Origin: Candidatus Caccalectryoclostridium excrementigallinarum
GTDB taxonomy: Bacteria > Bacillota > Clostridia > Christensenellales > UBA3700
Assembly: GCA_018714485.1 (NCBI GenBank)
Contig: DVNJ01000031.1
Location: forward strand, 61,078 to 125,077
Length of the DNA: 64,000 nt
Direction: 5' to 3'
Shown here: in pieces, positions 8,511-16,700 of the stretch
Layout of the letters: each line of letters begins with the position of its first letter
How positions within the stretch are numbered: the first letter of the stretch is position 1
Notes under the pieces: generated by a model
What the model was told of the DNA's origin: nothing
Database searches by the model: none
The model's input: only the letters and a program-made list of their open reading frames with translations
Translations under genes and position numbers: made by a program

Positions 8511-9538
8511 GCCTTCTCTTCTCCGTCGGAGATCTGCTTTTCCCCGTCCGCCTCTTGCTCTTCGGCGGGGGCGTTTTCTTCCGCCGCCTGCTCAGCCTTT
8601 TCTTTCGGGGCAAAGCGCGACAGATCGTATTCGTATTTTCCGTTGCGGAAGAAGATAAAGCGCACAAGCACGAAGATGAGATATGTACCGTAGCCGCCGA
8701 CGAGCACGTCGGAGAGGAAGTGCGCGCAGTTGACGATACGCGAGATCGCCACCACCGCAACAAAAATCGTGCAGAAGGAATTTATTATCGCCCTCGCCTT
8801 GAAACTTCTCAGCTTGGGAAAGACGTCGCACGCCGCCGCCAAAATAAAGATATTCGCGGCGGAAGAAGTATGCCCCGAAGGGAAAGACTTATATGCCTCC
8901 TCCGTGCCGCCGATATTGACCACATACCAAGGAGTGAACCCTTCGAAAGAGTCCGCCGCCAGCATATCGCGGAATCTCATGCGTCCCCAAAGCATTTTAA
9001 GCGCCTGCATGACCACGAGTGCGGAGACCATGAACACGAGCGAAAACACGGCGAATTTGAGCAGGCGGGTCATTATTTCCGGCTTGATGAGCGAGCCTAC
9101 CCACAAGCCGAAGGCGCCGCCGACAAAACCGCCGAAGACGGCGAACATCGCCAGCCCGGGAATGCCGTAGACCGCGTCTATCCTGCCCGGCTTTGTTCCC
9201 GCATATATCCACATAAAATAGCCCAGCCAACTCAACGCCAAGCCGAAAACGCGCATAAAGATACGAAACCGCTTGTCGGAAAAGTTTTTGGCATTATAAA
9301 AGAAAATGGGCGCGCAGAAAGGCAGCACCAAATAAGAGGGCGCCTCGCCGACCACCTCGAAAAAGGTCCCGAAGAGATTGGACATATCGCCGATCGCCTG
9401 ACTGAGCTGCAAGTCGTAAAACGCCGCGACCGCCATAAGCCCGGCAAAGCCGAAGAAAGAGGCGATGTTCAGACCGATATAGAGCTTGCGCCTGAATTTT
9501 GCGTCGTCGAGCCTGTTTTCCAGAGATACGTTTTCCAT
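8507..9538 (-). CDS. PAP2-family membrane phosphatase (paralogue), with an acidic C-terminal tail
   Basis: 343 aa. Motifs are LWGRMRFRD, FPSGHTSSA and SRIVNCAHFLSDV. ATGA overlap with the downstream PAP2 gene. Confidence 0.8.
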   Translation of the reverse strand: MENVSLENRLDDAKFRRKLYIGLNIASFFGFAGLMAVAAFYDLQLSQAIGDMSNLFGTFFEVVGEAPSYLVLPFCAPIFFYNAKNFSDKRFRIFMRVFGLALSWLGYFMWIYAGTKPGRIDAVYGIPGLAMFAVFGGFVGGAFGLWVGSLIKPEIMTRLLKFAVFSLVFMVSALVVMQALKMLWGRMRFRDMLAADSFEGFTPWYVVNIGGTEEAYKSFPSGHTSSAANIFILAAACDVFPKLRSFKARAIINSFCTIFVAVVAISRIVNCAHFLSDVLVGGYGTYLIFVLVRFIFFRNGKYEYDLSRFAPKEKAEQAAEENAPAEEQEADGEKQISDGEEKA

Positions 9539-9565
9539 ATTTGCTCCTTTTCGGCAGATATGCCG

Positions 9566-10801
9566 TTATTCTTCCTTTTCGCCGCTTTCGCCGAAAAGCT
9601 CTTCTTCATCCGCTCTCGCCGACCTTGCCTCGGCTTCGGCAAGCATTCTCTTTTTACCGCGCCTGCAAGCTATGACGATGAGCGTTATCGCCGCGGCGAG
9701 CAGCACAAGCGCTCCGACGATGATCCCGACTATCTCGCCCGTGGTCAAGACCACCGTTCCGGAAATTTCCTGCGCCGCGTCATAAAACTCGTTATTGCGC
9801 TTTATGCCGAAATTGTCCGTGAAGGCGTTTTCGTAATTTGACATGAGATAACCGCTCTCGCTCTCGTCGTAGGCAAAATAGACGTCCGCGTCATAGATGT
9901 TGCTCAGAGGAATGACCATAGAAAAATCATATTCTTCCAAGATGGAAATGCTCTTTATATGTCCGTCTTCCCACAAGACAAAGTCCATATGCAACGACTT
10001 GAACCGAACATTTCTGCCGTTTTCTTTGGCAAGATTGCGCTCTAAGACGTGGATGTAATTCTGCGTGGCGACTTCAATGTCGAAGTCCGCAGAAAAAGTG
10101 TAAACTCCCGCGTCTTTGTCGTAAACGGGATCGGTCGCTTCCTCGATTGTACCGGGGACAAGCGCCAAGGTCTTTGTGTCGAAAATGTCGTAAGTAAAAA
10201 CCTTCGTGGGGTCGTTACACACTTCGATGTTGTATTTTTCCAGATCGACGCCGTAATCCGTTTCCTTAAAGCCCGAGAAGTCCTTGACCTTGAGCATACC
10301 GATGGCGGAATCGTATTCGAGATACTTGTCGTTTACAATACCGCCTTCGACTATCCTGTATCTGAGATCCCCACCCACGACGAGCGCCTCTTCTATCTTG
10401 TTGGTCATGCTTCCCGCGGCGATGACCAAGTGATAAGTGTCGCTCGCCAAAGGATCGGACTCGGAATAAACGCCCTTTCTTATCTTGTAACCGTCGATAT
10501 ACTGAGTGTTGAAAGTGACGTCGCTGTTTTGCAATTTCGTGATATTATCGCTGTAATTTTCCGAAACGACAAAATCCGCGGCGTAATAATTGTAAAAACC
10601 GACTTCCATCATCTCCTGCGCGCTCATATCGGCGCTTATCGAACGCGCCGCGTCCGCTTTGGGCGCGCCCATATCGCGCACGGAAGTCATGATGTCCTTC
10701 GATTCGCCCAAACGTTCCCCGCAGGCGGCAAGAGCGATCGACGCCACCATGACGACGCAGAGCGCCGCGATCAAAATTTTCCCTCTCGATCTTCCCTTCA
10801 T
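9566..10801 (-). CDS. Hypothetical surface protein with N-terminal lipoprotein signal and C-terminal TM anchor
   Basis: 411 aa. Signal peptide with lipobox (SIALAAC). C-terminal helix IVGIIVGALVLLAAAITLIVIA followed by CRRGKKR and an acidic tail. No recognisable domain. Confidence 0.6.
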   Translation of the reverse strand: MKGRSRGKILIAALCVVMVASIALAACGERLGESKDIMTSVRDMGAPKADAARSISADMSAQEMMEVGFYNYYAADFVVSENYSDNITKLQNSDVTFNTQYIDGYKIRKGVYSESDPLASDTYHLVIAAGSMTNKIEEALVVGGDLRYRIVEGGIVNDKYLEYDSAIGMLKVKDFSGFKETDYGVDLEKYNIEVCNDPTKVFTYDIFDTKTLALVPGTIEEATDPVYDKDAGVYTFSADFDIEVATQNYIHVLERNLAKENGRNVRFKSLHMDFVLWEDGHIKSISILEEYDFSMVIPLSNIYDADVYFAYDESESGYLMSNYENAFTDNFGIKRNNEFYDAAQEISGTVVLTTGEIVGIIVGALVLLAAAITLIVIACRRGKKRMLAEAEARSARADEEELFGESGEKEE

Positions 10802-12072
10802 ATGTTCCCCTTTATTAAGCGCCGCTTGAACACGGGCGCTTTTTCTCCCGATTTTATCATTTCACGCGCCAAAAGCGCGCGCAATTTTTCTTTTATTTCC
10901 GCCGCGGCAGGCGAATTGATCAGGTTACGCCTTTCAAACTCGTCCGTTTTGCGGTCGTAAAGATAGTCGTCACGATAGGCTCTCGGGCAATAATTCGTAC
11001 CCGAAGAGACGCTGTAAGTATATCTGTCCGTGATGACGCACCTGCCGTTGTGGCTCTCGCTTATCTGCACGAAAACGCAGTCGCGTTCGCTCTTATCCTG
11101 CAACGCTATGCCCGAAAAGCTCTCGGGAACGTCTATCCCCGCGGCTTTGAGCAGCGTCGGCGGAAGATCGATAAGGCTCACGAGCCTGCTTGTGTCGCCC
11201 ATGTCCTCAAAGGCTCCGCCGCCGAATATCAGCGGTATATGCACCGAACCTTGATGACACGAGCGCTTATATTCGCCGTTTCGCGTCATAAAGTGGCAGC
11301 CGTGATCGGAGCAATAGACGATGAGCGTTTTTTCGTATCTACCCGACTCTTTTAGAAAACGCACTATCTTTCCCACGTTTTCGTCGAGAACCTTGCAGCA
11401 GCCGAGATAATCGGCATAATTTTCCCGATAGTTCCCTTTCAAGCCGGCAAGATCGCCCGGCACGGGAAAATCACGAAAGCGTTCGGCGTATCCCTGCGGA
11501 CATTCGAATCTTCCCGACGTGTTTTGCTGATGCGGCTCCAAAAAAGACAAAAACAAAAACACGGGTCTTTCTTTCGGCTTTTTCAGATATTCGAGCGCAA
11601 GATCTGTCATCTTGTCCGCTCTGACTCCGTCAAAACGCACCTCATTGCCCTCGCCGTCCCACAAGACGCCGCCTTCTCCGTTCGACGAGAACTCCAAAAG
11701 ATCCGCCGCCAGCCAATATTCGTAGCCGCCGCGCAGCTTCTTCGGCACGCCCTTGTCGCGATATTCAAGTCCGCGGGAAGCAAGATGCCATTTCCCGATA
11801 TATGCCGTCTCGTATCCCGCCGCGGTAAACAGATCGGCAAGATGAGCTCCGCGGTCGTCCATAGGGATCCCGTTGGTCACGCAGCCGTTTTGAGTGGCGT
11901 ATACCCCCGTTTGAAGACAAGCCCTCGCCGGACCGCAGACGGGCTGACAGGTATACGCGGAAGAGAACTTCGCGCCTTCCTCCGCCATTTTGCAAAGTTC
12001 GGGCGTTATCTCGGGCGAAACGGTATCCGCTCGCTGCTGATCGCTGAAGATGAATATTATATCGGGTCTCAT
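10798..12072 (-). CDS. Cys-type (formylglycine) sulfatase, no signal peptide
   Basis: 424 aa. Motifs are IFIFSDQQRAD, C-x-P-x-R (VCGPARACLQTG), GKWHL and CSDHGCH. AGAGGA RBS. Confidence 0.85.
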   Translation of the reverse strand: MRPDIIFIFSDQQRADTVSPEITPELCKMAEEGAKFSSAYTCQPVCGPARACLQTGVYATQNGCVTNGIPMDDRGAHLADLFTAAGYETAYIGKWHLASRGLEYRDKGVPKKLRGGYEYWLAADLLEFSSNGEGGVLWDGEGNEVRFDGVRADKMTDLALEYLKKPKERPVFLFLSFLEPHQQNTSGRFECPQGYAERFRDFPVPGDLAGLKGNYRENYADYLGCCKVLDENVGKIVRFLKESGRYEKTLIVYCSDHGCHFMTRNGEYKRSCHQGSVHIPLIFGGGAFEDMGDTSRLVSLIDLPPTLLKAAGIDVPESFSGIALQDKSERDCVFVQISESHNGRCVITDRYTYSVSSGTNYCPRAYRDDYLYDRKTDEFERRNLINSPAAAEIKEKLRALLAREMIKSGEKAPVFKRRLIKGNI

Positions 12073-12317
12073 GCTGTCCTCTTTAATATGCTGTCCTTTT
12101 TAATATAATGCACGAAATTTTTTACTTTGTCAATAAGTAACGCAAAACTTGCGTGCATCAAAAACGCGCGCAGGAGGCGAAAGTTTGAGAAAAATTGTCT
12201 GTTCTATGCATTTTTGCCGCTGAGCAACTTTTTCTCACCGAAAACCGACGCAGCGAAACAAAAGCGATAATTTATCGAAAAAAACGCGAAATATGCCGAA
12301 AGTGCAAATAAAAAACA

Positions 12318-12554
12318 TTATTTTCGCACATATTTGTTTTTGGTGGCGCGCCCGCCGCGCAGATGTCTTACGGACAAATTATATTCAAGTATCCTTCTCA
12401 CCCTCAGATAAAGTCCCTCATCCAGCTTTTTGAGTTTTTCGTTCATGTCGCTGTGAACGGTGCTCTTGCTCACGCCCATCACCTGCGCCGCTTGCCTTAT
12501 CGTCGCCTTGTTTTCCGTGATATAACGCGCCGTCGCCAAAACTCTCTCTTTCAT
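12318..12554 (-). CDS. spoIIID: Stage III sporulation protein D (mother-cell transcription factor)
   Basis: 78 aa. GVSKSTVHSDMNEKL helix-turn-helix and SVRHLRGGRATKNKY match the B. subtilis SpoIIID pattern (GVSKSTVHKDL ... SIRHLRGGEATKLKY, from memory). GGGGGA RBS. Confidence 0.9.
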   Translation of the reverse strand: MKERVLATARYITENKATIRQAAQVMGVSKSTVHSDMNEKLKKLDEGLYLRVRRILEYNLSVRHLRGGRATKNKYVRK

Positions 12555-12739
12555 GTTTCCCCCTTAATATCCGCTTTTGCGGACAAGACATTTTATTCTC
12601 TCAAAGGGAAAATAATGCACAAAAGAAAATATGCTCATATGAACGGGCGCGCATATTTCCTCTTTTGAGCATATGAACATATGCGCCGACGTACTTACCG
12701 AAAACGCCGCGCCGCGCAAACGATGAATGCGCAAAGGCG

Positions 12740-13216
12740 TTATTCGTCGAATCTTTGCTTAGGATAATATTCTCTTCCGCTCGCGCCCAAAATGCGGCAG
12801 TTGAGCGCGCTCGAAGGGGCGCTTTTCGGCTTGAAATTTTTCTTTGAACGCATCTTTTGCTTAACAGTCTTTCCCGCCTGCCAAAGCCCGAGCACGATCA
12901 GAAAGCCGCCGAAGCAGCGGGCAAGTATCTCGGAAGGGACTTCGGGCGCGAACCAGGCGCAAAGCGCACTGCCTGCGAGCGCGGGCTGCGCGGTCTTGAA
13001 GAGCGCGGGCATGTCGACGAGTCTGTTTTTGAAATGAATGACGAGCACGGGCGCAGCCATGACGACGAACGCGATCAGATTTATCGCCTGCGCGAGTTTT
13101 TGCTCCACGCCGAGCGCGAGCGTGAGCAGCGGAATGGTGAGCGTCCCGCCGCCCATGCCCATGCCCGCTATCACTCCGCCCGCGGCGCCCGCCAAGACAA
13201 ACCATATCGTCTTCAT
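12740..13216 (-). CDS. TSUP/TauE-SafE family transporter, C-terminal half (4 TM)
   Basis: Start placed at MKTIWFVLAG (13216). The Arg-rich upstream extension in the track is the out-of-frame overlap with the preceding gene. Contains the GMGGGTLTIPLL motif. Confidence 0.75.
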   Translation of the reverse strand: MKTIWFVLAGAAGGVIAGMGMGGGTLTIPLLTLALGVEQKLAQAINLIAFVVMAAPVLVIHFKNRLVDMPALFKTAQPALAGSALCAWFAPEVPSEILARCFGGFLIVLGLWQAGKTVKQKMRSKKNFKPKSAPSSALNCRILGASGREYYPKQRFDE

Positions 13217-13617
13217 CCCGTCACCATTTTGATCCCCGCGCCGATCATGACCGCGTAAAACAGCATGGACAGCCAAAAATTGTCCGCTTTTTTCAAAAGC
13301 AGCGCGCCGAGTATCCCGCCCGCGACGACTCCGCCGCCCACAGAAAGCGCGAGCGAAAGCTCGAAACAACCCTTGACCACATAGATGATCGCCGAGATCA
13401 GGCAGAGAGGCAAAATGACCGCGACGGCGGTCGCATGCGCTTTTTTCGCGTCAAGCCCGTATCCGGACAATATCGGAACGATGAGCATTCCCCCTCCGCC
13501 GCCGAAAAGCCCGTTGACGCAGCCCGCGACGGCGGACACGACGATCGCGCCCTTTTTGAGTATCTTTCCTTTTTTGAGGCTTTTTTGCCGCGCGTTTTTC
13601 TCCTCAATTTTCGCCAT
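13213..13617 (-). CDS. TSUP/TauE-SafE family transporter, N-terminal half (4 TM)
   Basis: 134 aa. Contains the GGGGGMLIVPIL motif after a Lys-rich N-terminus. ATGA overlap (13213..13216) with the C-half gene. Confidence 0.75.
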   Translation of the reverse strand: MAKIEEKNARQKSLKKGKILKKGAIVVSAVAGCVNGLFGGGGGMLIVPILSGYGLDAKKAHATAVAVILPLCLISAIIYVVKGCFELSLALSVGGGVVAGGILGALLLKKADNFWLSMLFYAVMIGAGIKMVTG

Positions 13618-13672
13618 ATTCGGATTATGTGCAATATTTTCATAAAATTTTAACTATTACTTCCTCATTCGT

Positions 13673-13701
13673 TTGACCAACCGCCTTTTATTTTATATAA
13701 T
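13673..13701 (+). promoter_or_regulatory. Sigma-A type promoter for the 1400-aa surface protein gene
   Basis: TTGACC (13673..13678)-17 nt-TATAAT (13696..13701). AAAGGTGG RBS before ATG 13744. Confidence 0.6.
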
Positions 13702-13743
13702 TAGGAAGACTTGTTATAAAGCAAATATAATAAAGGTGGTCAA

Positions 13744-16700
13744 ATGAGAAAGAAAAGTTTAACGTTTCTTATCCTTGTTATCGTGATGATAGCATCCCTC
13801 GCCGCGGCGCTCATCGCCTGCGATCCGGACGATCCCGCAGCAGACGACACGAGCTATTCCACGACGCTCATCGCCAACGGCAACTTCGACGAAGCTTCCG
13901 GGGACTCTCAACCGATGACTCCTTCGAGCTGGACGGGCGAAGAAGGCTCCACGTCTTCTTCCACGCAGTATAAGACGCCCAACGGTTCGAGCAACCTCTC
14001 CGCCGGCGTCATAGACCTTGCGGACGAACGCGGTTACAGGAACGACTTCGGCAGCATAGCTCCCGGCAAAAAGGGCGAAGACGACAATATCCTCGCCATC
14101 TATAACAAAACCGCCACGTCTTACAAGTACACGTCCGCGAGCGTAACTTTGTCTGCGGACAAGGTCTATAAGCTGAGCGTTTGGGTCAAGACGGACATTT
14201 ACACCGACGCATCCTACTATAATTCCTGGCTCAACAGAGACAGCGACGAAACGCAGGAACTCGACGAAAACCGTACGGGCGCCTATGTCTATGTCAACGG
14301 CGTTGCCTATGCGGCGTTCGAAGCGATCAACACGGGCGGTCAATGGCAGGAACTCGTCACTTATATCGACACGCACAATTCTTCGGGCGGCAGCATAACC
14401 GTCATTCTCTCCCTCGGCACGGGCAACTGGTCGACGGGCTATATGACCGCGGGCTATGCCTTCTTCGACAACATCACTCTCATCGATCTCAATGAAGAAT
14501 ATGCCGACGGCGACAGCGAATTCGTCGACGGCGACAGCTCTCTCGACGAAGACGCCGCCGACGCGAAAGCGATCGCCGACTTCAACGCGGCGACTGTCGG
14601 CACCGCGAAAGACGCCGAGGACGACCACTCCGTCCATACCGCCAAATACGATATGGGCAGCGGCGACACTTCTTTTGATTATGTGACCAAGACCTCCACT
14701 CCCTATTCCTCTTCACGTTGGACGGGCGCCGCGGGCAAAAAGACGGACGGCACCAATTTCAGCACCTCTTCGACCAATCTTCAAAGAGGCGTCATCGATG
14801 CCGAAAATGCCGACCTCTCCGTCATCTCCGGCGCGAGCGAATACGAAGGGCTTGTTCTCGACGCGCACGAGAGCGTGACTTACTCTTACGGCGAGAGCAA
14901 TTCGCGCAGCTATGGCAACGTCCTCTATATCCAGGGGCGCAACGAGAACGTCTACGGTTACTCATCCAACACCACCTATACGATAGAAGCAAACAATTAT
15001 TATAAGGTATCCGTTTGGGTCAAGACCTATATCAAGAACGGCAGCGGCGCCGCCGTCCGTCTCACCTCGGGCGACGACGACGAAAACATCGTCTCTTTGA
15101 GCAACATCTCCACAAACGGCGCTTGGCAGGAATACTCGCTCTATCTGCGCGGCAATCAGTACCGCGAGAATACGGTCACGCTCGAGCTTTGGCTGGGTGA
15201 AAGCAACACCGCGGGCACGAAGGGCATCGTCTTCTTCGACAGCGTTGCGATAAGCAAGATCTCCGCCGAGGATTACGCAGCCGCCGAGAAGGGCACGAAC
15301 GTCGCCAAGGACGACATGCTCACCCCCGAAGAAGATTACGAATATTACGGCATGAGCAGCGGCAAGAACGTCCTCGATTATGCGGCGAAAGCTTCCTCTT
15401 CCTCTTTTACGCAGCTTGCGAATGCGGGAGAGACGGCGGACGGCATCGCCGTCGATAAGGCGCTTCAAGACAGGGACGAGGACGGCGTTTGGCTCATCAA
15501 CAATAAGGTCCCCGCATATGCTTCGATCTCGCCCGTTGTCGACGTCGACGCGGACGCGGGAGTCGACACGAGCAACCTCATCAAGCTCGCTCCCAACAGC
15601 TATCTCGCGCTTTCCGTTTGGATCAAGACTTCCGAGATAACCAAGGGCGGACTCACCGTCACCCTTTACAACTATGACATCAAGGCGATCGAGGAAGACC
15701 TCGAAGAGTCGAATAAAACGGATTACAGCGACCTGTCTTCTTACAGAAGCTCTGTCTCTTCCCTCTCTTCGCTCACGTCCGAAACGCTCGAAGACTTCAA
15801 GATAGACGGCGTGAACGATTATATCATGGTCACCTTCATGGTCCAGAGCGGCAAGGAGACCGCCTACCTCGGCTTTGAATTTGCCTTAGGCTCGGGCACT
15901 CCTTCCAACAGCTCTTCCTATGTCAAGGGATACGCGATGATCTCCAACGTGATGACGGAAAAGATAACGGCAGCGGATTATTCCTCCGCCTCTTCCGCCT
16001 CCAACTTGGCGAAGGGATCGATCTCCGGCTCTTCTTCGAGCGTTGAGATCGCTTCCAATGGCTATTTCAACACTTCGGACATCTCCGGCACCAACAGCCT
16101 TTACGCCGACGACGACAATGAGTTTGATTTCAGCACCAACAGGAAAGACAACGTCCTCGCCCTGCCCGACGGCTGGTCGGCGACGGACAGCTCTCTGCTC
16201 AAGGCTTATCTCGACAGGGACGACGCGAGCGATCCCGCGCAGAATTACGCCTTCGGCGGCGTGCTCGACCTTGACGGCGACATGAGCGGCTATACGGAGG
16301 ATATCGCGGGTGTGAACAGCAGCATCAAAGAGCTTCTTGGCGACACTTCGACGATGTTTGAAAGCGCGGGCGAATATTCCGGTCTGAACGCGGGCAACAA
16401 CGTCCTCGCGCTCTATTCGCACCGCCTCGCGGCGTTCGGTTTCAGCTCGGACGAGTTCACCCTCTCTGCCAACTCATATTACAGAGTGAGCGTTTGGGCA
16501 TATGCTCCCGAGACTCCCGTTTCCGTCATGATCTCGACGGGCAGCGACGACTCGGACCACGGCTATCCCAACACCGTGAGCACGAAAGACGGCTGGACGG
16601 AATATGTGTTCTATATCCAGACGGGCGTGAGCAGCGTGAGCGCTTCTCTCTCCCTCTATGTCGGTAACTGCAATTACGCTACGGACAACACGGGCGAGAG

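Noticed and set aside
12160-12215. 12-codon ORF (TTG start after AGGAGG) between the sulfatase gene and spoIIID
   Set aside because: It is too short, has a non-ATG start, and I can see no supporting conservation or structure.
12740-13369. The 209-aa version of the TSUP C-half ORF, and the idea that the split TSUP is a frameshifted pseudogene
   Set aside because: The first 51 codons (Arg-rich) are the out-of-frame overlap with the N-half gene. An ATG sits exactly at the ATGA junction. The break coincides with the internal repeat boundary and both halves are intact. A recent frameshift cannot be fully excluded without comparative data.
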